From positions 1 through 26,367 of IMG/VR virus record IMGVR_UViG_3300005332_000010: a DNA stretch of 26,367 nucleotides, one strand, 5' to 3'. Positions 5,170 to 13,453 of the stretch are shown in pieces; within the stretch, counting starts at the first letter, position 1; every line of letters starts with the position of its first letter. This stretch comes from a virus (lineage: Duplodnaviria > Caudoviricetes). The notes beneath the pieces were generated by a model. It saw nothing but the letters and a program-made list of their open reading frames with translations, made no database searches and had not been told where the DNA came from. A program made the translations under genes and the position numbers.

Positions 5170-7482
5170 GTGTACCACCCCGATCTGATCGCGGAGGATG
5201 ATGCCGACGCCGCCATCACCTTCCGCCACACGTTCCCCGGCGGCATCCCGTGGTACTCGGTCGCCGATGCCGCGGCGCTGACCGCCTCGGCCGCCACCGC
5301 CGTCGACGCCGACGGCGAACGGATCCGCCCGCTCACCCAGGAGGAACAGCGGTTCGTCGGCAGCTGCCAGCTGCGGGTGATCTACGACTTCCCGTACTTC
5401 GCCGAGCGCTTCTGCTGGATCGACGACGCCGGCCACGGGCTGCGCCGGCTCTCGCCCCTGTGGGAGTCGCAGCAGCTGGTGCTCGACCAGCTCGCCCGCC
5501 TGGAGATGGCCAACGTCACCTCGGGCTCGCCCGACGGCCTCCTCCTCAACATCCTCAAGGCGCGGCAGCTCGGCGTCTCGACGCTCTCCGAGGCGCTGGT
5601 CGCGCACCGCATCTGCACCCGGAAGCACATCCGCGCGCTCTCGGGCGCCGACGTCGAGGACCAGGCGGGGTACCTCTTCCGCATGGTGGTGCGGCTCTAC
5701 GACGCCCTGCCCTGGTTCCTGCGCCCGGGCCGCGTCTACTTCACCAAGAACCGCGAGCTGACCCTCAGTAACGAGAGCTTCCTCAAGACGGCCTGGGGCA
5801 AGTCGACCCGCGGCGCGCTCCAGGCCGTCAGCGGCGAGGAGGGATCGAAGGGCGCGATCGGGCGCGGCCAGACGTACTCGGTCGTGCACATCTCGGAACT
5901 CCCGACCTGGGAGAACCCCGAGCAGCTCGACACGGCGCTCCTGCCGGCGATCCCCTACGCCGCCGACACGCTCGTCCTCTACGAGGCGACGGCGGAGCAC
6001 GCCGGCGACTGGTGGCACACGCACTGGCTCGCCTCGGGGCGCGGCGAGGGGCGCTTCCGCAACATCTTCATTCCCTGGTCGGCCGAGCCGTCGAAGTACG
6101 CGTTGCCGCCGCCCGAGGGCTGGTCACCCTCCCCCTCGACGCTGAAGCACGCCGAGAAGTGCGAGCGCGACAGCCCGCGGTGGTTCGGCGGGAAGACCGT
6201 GCGCCTGACCCGCGCGCAGCTCTTCTGGTACGAGACCACCCGGCGCTTCTACGAGTCGAAGGGGCAGCTCTACAAGTTCCTGAAGGAGTACCCGGCCGAT
6301 GACCAAGAGTGTTTCCAGTACGCCGGCCGCTCGATCTTCACCTTCGATCAGATCGAGGCGATCGACCGCGCCGGCAGCCGCAGGAAGCTCCTCGACGTCT
6401 GGGCGGTCGAGCCCGCCTTGGAGATCGCGGCGCTGCGACGCACCGCCGACCAGCCCGACGCTCCAACCTCGCCCGACATCCAGCCGAAGAAAGTCGTGCC
6501 GCCCTTGGTGCCGCACGTCACGCCGAAGGGCAGCCCGCTCGCCCACGTGACGCAGCCGGTGCCACCCGGCTACGGCTTCCGCCGGCTCTCGAAGTCCGAC
6601 CTCGCTGCGCTCCCCTCCCTGCGCGACTCGGTCCTCGCGATCTGGGAGTACCCGCGCACCCGGGGCTCGCGGCGCTACGTGATGGCGGTCGACGTCTCTG
6701 ACGGCCTGGGGCAGGACTACTCGGTCATCGACATCATCCGCTACCCGACGATGGACGATCCGGCCGAGCAGGTGGCGCAGTACTGCACCAACGTCCTCGA
6801 CCCCAAGGCGCTCGCCTTCATCTGCGACGCCATCGGCCGCTACTACCGCGACCAGGACGGCATCGAGGCGCTGGCCGCGATCGAGACCAACAGCCACGGC
6901 CTGGCGACGCAGGACACCCTGCAGCTGCACCTGGGCTACACCAGCTTCTACATCTGGGAGTACGCCGACGCCGCCTCACCCGAGCGGCGCTACTCGACCC
7001 GCATCGGCTGGATGACCTCCCGCCGCACGCGCCCCTTGCTCCTCGCCAGCTTCCACGGCGCGATCACCGCCTTCGATCCCGCCACCGCGACGCCCGACTT
7101 CATCCTCAACAGCCCGACGACCAGGGGGGAGTTGCGTCACCTCATCACCGCCTCGACAATCGGCGAAGCCGAAGCGGCGCGCGGCCAGCACGACGACGCG
7201 ATCATGGCGGCGGCGATCGGCTACTACGTCGCCTGGCGGCTAGCCGGCGGCGAGATCGAGCCGATCGCCGAGCGTCGCCGGCGCAAGCAGGCGCTCGCCG
7301 AGCAGGCCAAGGTCGCCGCCCGACCGCGGCGCGACTGGCGCAACAGCGCCGCGACAGCGGAGGAAGCAGATGCCGCAGAGCCCGACGACACGCCACTACT
7401 TCTCGACGAGCGATCAACGGCGCTCGACGATCTCACCGACGACAGCGGCGGCCTCTACTTCGACGAACGGTCACGGGCCTGA
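5170..7482 (+). CDS. terL: Terminase large subunit (about 770 aa)
   Basis: Walker A LKARQLGVST, Walker B VVHISE, coupling motif YEATA, nuclease motifs AVDVSDG.GQDYS, AIETN and HDDAIMA. The GTG start at 5170 is preferred because GAGG lies at 5161. Confidence 0.95.
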   Translation: MYHPDLIAEDDADAAITFRHTFPGGIPWYSVADAAALTASAATAVDADGERIRPLTQEEQRFVGSCQLRVIYDFPYFAERFCWIDDAGHGLRRLSPLWESQQLVLDQLARLEMANVTSGSPDGLLLNILKARQLGVSTLSEALVAHRICTRKHIRALSGADVEDQAGYLFRMVVRLYDALPWFLRPGRVYFTKNRELTLSNESFLKTAWGKSTRGALQAVSGEEGSKGAIGRGQTYSVVHISELPTWENPEQLDTALLPAIPYAADTLVLYEATAEHAGDWWHTHWLASGRGEGRFRNIFIPWSAEPSKYALPPPEGWSPSPSTLKHAEKCERDSPRWFGGKTVRLTRAQLFWYETTRRFYESKGQLYKFLKEYPADDQECFQYAGRSIFTFDQIEAIDRAGSRRKLLDVWAVEPALEIAALRRTADQPDAPTSPDIQPKKVVPPLVPHVTPKGSPLAHVTQPVPPGYGFRRLSKSDLAALPSLRDSVLAIWEYPRTRGSRRYVMAVDVSDGLGQDYSVIDIIRYPTMDDPAEQVAQYCTNVLDPKALAFICDAIGRYYRDQDGIEALAAIETNSHGLATQDTLQLHLGYTSFYIWEYADAASPERRYSTRIGWMTSRRTRPLLLASFHGAITAFDPATATPDFILNSPTTRGELRHLITASTIGEAEAARGQHDDAIMAAAIGYYVAWRLAGGEIEPIAERRRRKQALAEQAKVAARPRRDWRNSAATAEEADAAEPDDTPLLLDERSTALDDLTDDSGGLYFDERSRA

Positions 7483-7993
7483 GCAGCCGCCGCCCACCGT
7501 CGCCTTCCCGCCCAAGGCCGAGACGATCCCGCCGCGTGGCGCTCGCGTCCAGGTGCGCCGGAAGGCCAGTGGCCTGCAGGCGATCGTGCTCGACCAGCCG
7601 GAACTCATCGACCTGGTGAGCGGCGAGCGGGTGCAGGGCTACCCGGGCGACATCCGGATCGTGCGCGGCAGCCTGACCGTCGACCTGGTGAAGCCGGTGC
7701 GCTTCCCGACCGACTACGAAGTCGTCAGCCCCGAGCAGCTCGCGCTCACGCCGGTCGTCTGCCGCCAGCTCGAAGATCGCCTCGGCCTGGGATCGATCGC
7801 CTCTCCTGACGCGCTCATCGCCGCGGTCGATCGCCTCGGCTCGATCCGCATCGGCGATGTGCGGATCCCGTTCACGCCGGGGCAGCTGCACGAGCTGCAG
7901 CACCGGGCGACGAAGCGCGGGCGGACGGTCGAGCAGGAGATCAAAGCGGTGGTCGATCGGATCCAGGACGAGCTGTTCCACAAGGGCGGCTAG
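7370..7993 (+). CDS. Hypothetical protein with C-terminal ribbon-helix-helix-like motif (207 aa)
   Basis: GGAGG RBS upstream of ATG 7370, inside terL. C-terminal IPFTPGQLHELQHRATKRGRTVEQEIKAVV resembles Arc/CopG. Confidence 0.7.
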   Translation: MPQSPTTRHYFSTSDQRRSTISPTTAAASTSTNGHGPEQPPPTVAFPPKAETIPPRGARVQVRRKASGLQAIVLDQPELIDLVSGERVQGYPGDIRIVRGSLTVDLVKPVRFPTDYEVVSPEQLALTPVVCRQLEDRLGLGSIASPDALIAAVDRLGSIRIGDVRIPFTPGQLHELQHRATKRGRTVEQEIKAVVDRIQDELFHKGG

Positions 7994-7995
7994 CG

Positions 7996-8160
7996 ATGGC
8001 GATCCTGAAAGTGCCGAATGACGATCGCGCGGATGCCGTCGGCCCGGTGATGCCGAAGGAGGACGACCCGGAGAAGGCGGACGTCCCGCCGGTGCGCGTG
8101 CTGGTGCTCTGCGATCTGCGCCCGATCGAGGTGCGCGGCCGAGCGCGGGAGTCCCGCTGA
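7996..8160 (+). CDS. Hypothetical protein (54 aa, MAILKVPNDDRADAVGP...), below the ORF-track cutoff
   Basis: Translated by hand; fills the gap exactly and ends with TGATG coupling. Confidence 0.65.
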   Translation: MAILKVPNDDRADAVGPVMPKEDDPEKADVPPVRVLVLCDLRPIEVRGRARESR

Positions 8161-8651
8161 TGGCCCTCCACGATTTCTTCTGCCAGGTCTGCGGCCAGGT
8201 CCTGGTCGACGTCAACGTCCCGATCGCGATCGGGGCGACCGCCGGCGCGCCGTTCCACTGCGGCAAGCAGACCGCCTGGATCCCGCAGGTCGGGCGGATG
8301 GATGCCTACGAGCCGTTTCAGGAGTTCGAGACGCGCGACGGCCAGAACAACCTGGTCACCGTCGACTCGCTCAAGAAGCTGCGCGACATCGAACGCGACT
8401 CTGAGCAGCGCTACCGGGATGGCGAGGGGCAGCCGCTCGTCTGGCGGCGTTACTCGCAGGACACCTCGAACTGGGACGTGCACAGTCTCCATCCGAAGTG
8501 GGACGGTGGCGAGCGGCCCACGCCGGAGGCGGCGAAGCGTTTCGGCCAGACCCTGCGCCGCTCGACCGAGGAGCCCGAGGCGGAGTACGGGCCGGGCGTG
8601 AGTGACAGCTCGCCGGCGGCGCTCGACACGCTGCCGTGGACGGGGAAGTAG
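8160..8651 (+). CDS. FmdB-like Zn-ribbon protein (163 aa)
   Basis: N-terminal MALHDFFCQVCG...FHCG resembles FmdB-type ribbons often found beside phage portal genes. Confidence 0.7.
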   Translation: MALHDFFCQVCGQVLVDVNVPIAIGATAGAPFHCGKQTAWIPQVGRMDAYEPFQEFETRDGQNNLVTVDSLKKLRDIERDSEQRYRDGEGQPLVWRRYSQDTSNWDVHSLHPKWDGGERPTPEAAKRFGQTLRRSTEEPEAEYGPGVSDSSPAALDTLPWTGK

Positions 8652-8873
8652 CTAGTGGACGCCCATCAGCTCGCCGGTCGCCTTCATGATCTTGGTGAGC
8701 ACGTCCTGCGACCGCTCGACCGATTCGATCGCCTGGTCGAGGCCCCCGATCGCGTGGCGCAGTCCGTCGGTCGCGTGCTTGAGCCCGGCGATGGTCTGGC
8801 CGTGGTGACGCAGGTGCTCGATGTGCAGGTCGTACATCAACTTCAGGATCTCGCGCTCTTTGTCGGTCGGCAT
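8652..8873 (-). CDS. Antisense small coiled-coil protein (73 aa)
   Basis: Strongly GC3-biased codons on the minus strand, heptad pattern, stop abutting the upstream + gene stop (TAGCTA), own -10 element. Confidence 0.75.
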   Translation of the reverse strand: MPTDKEREILKLMYDLHIEHLRHHGQTIAGLKHATDGLRHAIGGLDQAIESVERSQDVLTKIMKATGELMGVH

Positions 8874-8876
8874 CCC

Positions 8877-8898
8877 CTGAGTCTACCCGATCACTCAG
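8877..8898 (-). promoter_or_regulatory. Leaderless promoter (-10 TAGACT) overlapped by inverted repeat CTGAGT-N10-ACTCAG
   Basis: Minus strand reads ...GGG TAGACT CAGGGG ATG, placing the -10 six nt before the start codon. No clear -35. Confidence 0.5.
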
Positions 8899-8910
8899 AG
8901 TCACCGTCGC

Positions 8911-11055
8911 ATGGCTGATTACTCTCCGTCCGGCGTCCTCGATCTCCCGCGCACCACCGCCGACAGTCTCCTCACCGGCGACCCGAAGGTCCTGAACTGG
9001 CTGCGCGAGTGGATCCAGGAGGGCGATCTCATCAACCGCGCCGATCCCTCCTACGATCTGATCAGCCGCGCCCAGTCCTACATCGTCGGCGAGCAGCTGA
9101 CCGCCGAGCGGCTGCGCCTCAAGTACCTCCCCTCGGTCACCGTCAACGAGACGCGCAAGGCGATGCAGGCGCACGTCTCGGCGATCACCGACCTCAAGCC
9201 GGTCGCCGGCTGGAAGTCGAATCCCGAGTACCAGGTTCAGGCCAACATGCTGAACCAGTACCTGATGGCCGAGTGGATCACCACGATGATGGATCTCGAC
9301 CTCGGCGACTGCGTGAAGTACTCGCTCGCCGGCGGGACAGGCGATCTGGTCATCGACTGGGATCCGCACGTGCCGCTCGGCGGTGCGCATGCGCTCAGCG
9401 CGCGTGATCCCCGCGACACCCTGCCGCTGCGCCCATCCTTCGGCCGCTCGCCGCAGACCTGGGAAGGCGTCTGCTTCCGCGAGGAGCACACGGTCAACGT
9501 GCTGCGCGGGATGTATCCGACCAAGGCGAACCTCTTCCGCCCGGCGACCGACACGATGCTCGGCCGCGTCATGGGCCGCTTCCGCACCGGCCTCTCGCGT
9601 CTCATCTCGCCCGCCGATCCGCTCGACTCGATCGCCTTCGGCGGCACGGCGGCGACTCTGCGCAAGGCCCGCGCCGGCGCGCTCGTCCTCTACCGCGCCT
9701 ACTTCCGCGATCGCACCCGCAATCTGACCGGCCAGCCGATCCCGATGGGCACGCCCGGATCGAACTGGGCCTACGTCGTGCAGCCGAAGGAGCCGCTCTA
9801 TCCGCGCGGCCGCTTGGTCGTCGCCACCGACGACGCGATCGTCTACGACGGCCCGAACACCTACTGGCACGGCATGTACCCGTTCTGCCGGATGAAGCTG
9901 TGGTCGGTGCCGTGGCAGTTCCTCGGCATCCCGCTCTTCAACGATCTCCTGCCGCTGCAGGATGCGATCAACGACACGGTGCAGGACGTCCGCCTGGCGC
10001 TCGCGCAGTGGCTCAACCCCGACATCGTCTACAACCGGAACGCCGTCAGCGAAGCCACGATGAAGCTGATGGATCCGCGCCGGCCGGGGAAGCGCGTCAA
10101 GATCACGCCCGGCTTCGGCGATCCGTGGAAGAAGGAGGAGGGCCCACCGCCCGGCGTGATCCAGATGGGGATCGAGCTGTGGGACAAGCTGACCCAGAAG
10201 TTCACCGATCTCAGTGGGACGGCGAACCTGCAAGCGCTCCTGCAGCTGCGCCAGATGCCGGCGGCCGACACGATCCAGAAGTACTACGAGGCGCTCACGC
10301 CCGAGATCCGCTCCGAGGCGCGCCAGGTCGAACTCTTCCTGCGCGACTTCTCCGAGATGGTGAAGATCAACTACTTCCAGTTCCTCAGCGCCGCCAAGCG
10401 GATCCAGGTGCTCGGCACCGGCGGGCAGATGCTCTCGCAGTTCGACTTCGATCCCGACAGCTTCGTGCCGGCGCTGCACCCCAACGATCCCGGCTACACG
10501 CCGGAGCTGGACGCCGACATCACCACGCGCGACCAGCGGGCGCAGTACTTCCACAAGCAGTTCATCTTCATCGTCGCGCCGAACACGGTCCTGGCCATGG
10601 ACGCGACCGAGCGCAAGATGATGCGCGTGCAGCTGGCGCGCATGGGCTACTACGATTTCTGGTCGCTGCACGAGACGCTGGAGACGCCCAACGTCGGCGC
10701 GCCGCCCGCCGTGCCGCTGCAGCCACTGACCCCGCCGCCACCCGATGCGATGGCGCAGATCTACCAGCAGCTGCAGCAGACCCCCGGCGCGATGCAAGCG
10801 GTCCTCGCCGGCGCCTCGCCGATGCCGCAGTACACCGATCAGGCGTCCGGTCGCACCTTCACGATGGATCAGTCCTCGGGGCAGATCCTCGAAGTGCGCA
10901 TCCCGGTGACGGTGACCGAGCGGCTGCAGGCGCAGGCGCAGATGGGGATCGGGCAGACGGTCTCGCCAGTCGGGCGTAAGGCCACCGGACAGGAGCCGCC
11001 GCAGCAGGAGACCAAGAGCGACGGCCGCTCGACGATCACCGAGTCGAAGAAGTGA
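8911..11055 (+). CDS. Portal protein (podoviral/P22-like), 714 aa
   Basis: Size and position after TerL. Segments YPFCRM...FLGIPLFNDLLPLQDAIN and KFTDLSG resemble portal stem/wing segments; Q/P-rich C-terminal extension. Confidence 0.88.
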   Translation: MADYSPSGVLDLPRTTADSLLTGDPKVLNWLREWIQEGDLINRADPSYDLISRAQSYIVGEQLTAERLRLKYLPSVTVNETRKAMQAHVSAITDLKPVAGWKSNPEYQVQANMLNQYLMAEWITTMMDLDLGDCVKYSLAGGTGDLVIDWDPHVPLGGAHALSARDPRDTLPLRPSFGRSPQTWEGVCFREEHTVNVLRGMYPTKANLFRPATDTMLGRVMGRFRTGLSRLISPADPLDSIAFGGTAATLRKARAGALVLYRAYFRDRTRNLTGQPIPMGTPGSNWAYVVQPKEPLYPRGRLVVATDDAIVYDGPNTYWHGMYPFCRMKLWSVPWQFLGIPLFNDLLPLQDAINDTVQDVRLALAQWLNPDIVYNRNAVSEATMKLMDPRRPGKRVKITPGFGDPWKKEEGPPPGVIQMGIELWDKLTQKFTDLSGTANLQALLQLRQMPAADTIQKYYEALTPEIRSEARQVELFLRDFSEMVKINYFQFLSAAKRIQVLGTGGQMLSQFDFDPDSFVPALHPNDPGYTPELDADITTRDQRAQYFHKQFIFIVAPNTVLAMDATERKMMRVQLARMGYYDFWSLHETLETPNVGAPPAVPLQPLTPPPPDAMAQIYQQLQQTPGAMQAVLAGASPMPQYTDQASGRTFTMDQSSGQILEVRIPVTVTERLQAQAQMGIGQTVSPVGRKATGQEPPQQETKSDGRSTITESKK

Positions 11056-11066
11056 GGAGGAGCCGA

Positions 11067-11834
11067 ATGGGGACGCCGCTGCGCATCGCGCTGAAAGCTG
11101 TGGCCAACGATCACTTTGTCTGCGCCGACAGGAACCTGAATGCGAATCTGCCGCTGGTCGCCAACCGCACCGCGGTCGGCGGGTGGGAGCAGTTCGATCT
11201 CTACCAGGTGATGCCCGACGGCTCGCTGGTCCCGCTCGAACTGCCCGCGGGAGGCGGTGGGGGCGGCCAACCCCAACCGCCCGATACCGGCGGCGGCGGA
11301 CAGCCGCAACCGCCCGCGGGCAGCGACATGATCAACCTCGCCTCGGCCGGTGTCTACTCCTCGCCGCCTGACATCGCCGGCTGGCCGATCACGGTGAAGG
11401 TGACCGGCGTCTCGATGCACCCGGGCCCTGGCGGCGATCGCCCCGGGATCGGGTTCGGCTTCGATCGCGCGCTGCCCGAGGCGTGGAAGTGGCCGAGCAA
11501 CCCGTCGAACCCGAGCGACAACTACCAGTACACCGTCTGGGCGTTGGCCAAGATCAATGGCGTGTGGGCGGCGGCGGCGTTCATCCAGATGTGGCAGGGG
11601 CGGGAGTCGACCGGCGCCGAGGGGACCTTCACCGACGACTTCCCGCGCGACTGGGCGTACTCCTCGCGCTGGGGCCCGCTCTACCAGCACCGGCCGACCG
11701 TCGGCGAGACGATGGCCTTCTTCGTCTCGGCGGGCAACGGTCGCGATCAGAGCGTCGTCACCAGCGTGCGCGAGCGGTCGAACGTCGTCACGGTGGTGAT
11801 GCCGTCCGGCTGGAACAGTGAATGGCGGTTCTGA
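11067..11834 (+). CDS. Two-domain protein: fascin-like beta-trefoil repeat, G/Q/P linker, Trp-rich domain (255 aa)
   Basis: GAGGAGGAG RBS. IALKAVANDHFVCAD...PLVANRTAVGGWEQF is a fascin-type repeat; linker GGGGGQPQPP x2. Confidence 0.75.
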   Translation: MGTPLRIALKAVANDHFVCADRNLNANLPLVANRTAVGGWEQFDLYQVMPDGSLVPLELPAGGGGGGQPQPPDTGGGGQPQPPAGSDMINLASAGVYSSPPDIAGWPITVKVTGVSMHPGPGGDRPGIGFGFDRALPEAWKWPSNPSNPSDNYQYTVWALAKINGVWAAAAFIQMWQGRESTGAEGTFTDDFPRDWAYSSRWGPLYQHRPTVGETMAFFVSAGNGRDQSVVTSVRERSNVVTVVMPSGWNSEWRF

Positions 11835-12028
11835 TGGCGACCAGAAACCCGGCCGACGCGACCATGCGGAACGCCCGCGCCAGCGCTCGGCGTGACGAGC
11901 AGCTTGCCGAGCGCCTCGCGCGTCTCGAAGCGCGCGTCGACAAGCTCGCCGAGCGCCTCATGACGACCGAGCTGGCCCTGGAGACGGCGGCCGTGCGGCG
12001 GCGGGCGGCGTCCACCCGCAAGCGGTGA
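11834..12028 (+). CDS. Basic coiled-coil protein (64 aa)
   Basis: TGATG coupling; LAERLARLEARVDKLAERL. Confidence 0.75.
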   Translation: MATRNPADATMRNARASARRDEQLAERLARLEARVDKLAERLMTTELALETAAVRRRAASTRKR

Positions 12029-12032
12029 CCTC

Positions 12033-12305
12033 GTGCCGCGGACGCCGGCCGAGCAGCTCGACGCGTGGAAGGCGGTGACCGGCCATGTGATGGCGGTCGT
12101 CCTCACGCTCGGCTTCTTCGGCATCGTCTTCCTCGCGCTCATCGGCAAGGTGAACCTGACCGATCCGACCACCGCCACCTTCATCGGCACCGTCACCGGC
12201 TACGCGATCGGCCAACTCAGTAAGCCGCTCGCGTTCTACTTCTACATCCCGCGAGATCGCCCACCCAGCTCCGCCAGTAACGGCAGCCCTGTGGAGCCGC
12301 TATGA
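12033..12305 (+). CDS. Two-TM membrane protein, holin-like (90 aa)
   Basis: Hydrophobic VMAVVLTLGFFGIVFLALIG and ATFIGTVTGYAIG segments, followed by AFYF. Confidence 0.6.
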   Translation: MPRTPAEQLDAWKAVTGHVMAVVLTLGFFGIVFLALIGKVNLTDPTTATFIGTVTGYAIGQLSKPLAFYFYIPRDRPPSSASNGSPVEPL

Positions 12306-12511
12306 CGCAGATCGCCTCCGGCATCGACGCGCTCTACCACGACCTCGGCTACCTCCCGCAGAGCGACTTCGTCATCGGCCAGGTGCTCACCAAGGTGGCC
12401 GAGCTGCTGGGCCAGGCGGCCGCCGACCAGCCCGACGCCGTCCGTACCGCGCTGGCCAACTTCGCCTGGGATCTGCGCCAGCAGGTCCGCCACCCGCGGC
12501 CGTCGCGCTGA
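12302..12511 (+). CDS. Hypothetical protein (69 aa)
   Basis: ATGA overlap, GGAG RBS, GC3-rich. Confidence 0.75.
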   Translation: MTQIASGIDALYHDLGYLPQSDFVIGQVLTKVAELLGQAAADQPDAVRTALANFAWDLRQQVRHPRPSR

Positions 12512-12551
12512 TCCGCCCGCCCGCCGGCCGCTCACTCGGCCGAGGGGGATC

Positions 12552-12580
12552 TTGACGCTCCCCCATTCTCCCCCGACGCT
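12552..12580 (+). promoter_or_regulatory. Putative sigma70-like promoter TTGACG-N17-GACGCT
   Basis: Intergenic, 17-bp spacing, 8 nt before ATG 12589, which lacks an SD sequence. Confidence 0.5.
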
Positions 12581-12588
12581 AGCTCGTC

Positions 12589-12765
12589 ATGCCGTTGACC
12601 AGCTCGGGGCAGAAAGTCCTGTCGTCGATGCAGTCGCAGTACGGCAGCGACAAGGGGGAGCGGGTCTTCTACGCGTCGATCAACAAGGGCAAGCCGGGCT
12701 CGCAGAAGTGGGAGGGCAAGAAGGCGAGCGCGCCCGGGCGGTCGCTCACGGGAGGGAAGCGCTGA
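12589..12765 (+). CDS. Small basic protein (58 aa) MPLTSSGQKVLSSMQSQYGSDKGERVFYASINKGK...RSLTGGKR; tag protein 1
   Basis: Translated by hand (below cutoff); TGATG coupling. The MPLT...YG..KGE.VFYAS.NKG pattern recalls a widespread phage hypothetical family. Confidence 0.85.
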   Translation: MPLTSSGQKVLSSMQSQYGSDKGERVFYASINKGKPGSQKWEGKKASAPGRSLTGGKR

Positions 12766-13013
12766 TGGCTCAGGACACCGACGATTCTGATTCCGATCCG
12801 TGGGGACCCACTGGCTCCCAGACGCGCCGCCTGCGCACCGATTCGGGTCCGCGCTCCTGGCCGCTGCGCGGCGGCCCCGAGACCGCAGACAACGCCCGGG
12901 TGGAGTTCGCGCGACGGCAGGCGGACCTGGGACGCGGCGAGGACATTGAGCTGCCGAAGGACAACGCCAAGCCGATCACCAAGGGGCGCGCGCTGCGCGG
13001 AGGGAAGCGGTGA
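12765..13013 (+). CDS. Small protein (82 aa) MAQDTDDSD...RALRGGKR; tag protein 2
   Basis: 3' part of ORF 12552-13013; GGAGG RBS and TGATG start. Confidence 0.8.
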   Translation: MAQDTDDSDSDPWGPTGSQTRRLRTDSGPRSWPLRGGPETADNARVEFARRQADLGRGEDIELPKDNAKPITKGRALRGGKR

Positions 13014-13019
13014 GCCGCT

Positions 13020-13271
13020 GTGGCGGATGACATCGACGACCTCAAGGCGAACATCCGCGGGCTGATGCAGGGGCCGATCATCGACACCCTGAGCGCCGCC
13101 GGCGACAAGGTGATGAATCTCTACGACGACGCGCACGACTACCTCGCCCGCAAGTTCTCCGGCCGCCCGACGACACCGACGACACCGACCACGCCTACGA
13201 CGCCGACCAAGCCGACGCCGCCAACCAAACCGCTCAGCAACCCGCGCCAGCTGCGAGGAGGCAAGCGCTAA
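13020..13271 (+). CDS. Small protein (83 aa) with PTT repeats ...RQLRGGKR; tag protein 3
   Basis: ORF track; TAATG coupling to the next gene. Confidence 0.8.
   Translation: MADDIDDLKANIRGLMQGPIIDTLSAAGDKVMNLYDDAHDYLARKFSGRPTTPTTPTTPTTPTKPTPPTKPLSNPRQLRGGKR
13167..13229 (+). repeat. 9-bp coding tandem repeat (PTT/PTK/PTP x7)
   Basis: ccgacgaca ccgacgaca ccgaccacg cctacgacg ccgaccaag ccgacgccg ccaaccaaa. Confidence 0.85.
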
Positions 13272-13453
13272 TGGGCTACCAGGGCTTCGACAAGGTCAAG
13301 GCCGACGTCGCGCAGGATCCCGGCGTCCGCGATCCCGGCGCCGTCGCCGCAGCGATCGGGCGCAAGAAGTACGGCGCCAAACAGTTCAACAAGGCGGCCG
13401 CCACCGGCAAGACGATGCAGGGCGCCAAGCCGCTCGCCGGCGGGAAGCGCTGA
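13271..13453 (+). CDS. Small basic protein (60 aa) ...AVAAAIGRKKYG...KPLAGGKR; tag protein 4
   Basis: GAGGAGG RBS; coupled at both ends. Confidence 0.85.
   Translation: MGYQGFDKVKADVAQDPGVRDPGAVAAAIGRKKYGAKQFNKAAATGKTMQGAKPLAGGKR

Noticed and set aside
6430-6600. Possible intein or intron in the long terL
   Set aside because: The extra sequence is a Pro-rich linker with no intein splice motifs (C/S...HN) or homing endonuclease signature, and the frame is uninterrupted.
8655-8918. + strand 87-aa ORF before the portal
   Set aside because: It has the composition of an antisense shadow. The minus-strand frame has better codon bias and a promoter.
8371-10797. 808-aa minus-strand ORF and other long antisense ORFs (2169-3320, 4257-5336, 5005-6024, 21295-23028, 24774-25940)
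   Set aside because: Shadow frames of GC3-rich + strand genes; Arg-rich and without motifs.
12552-12764. TTG start making 12552-13013 one 153-aa gene
   Set aside because: The TTG is part of a -35-like hexamer, and a better 58-aa gene occupies 12589-12765 in another frame.
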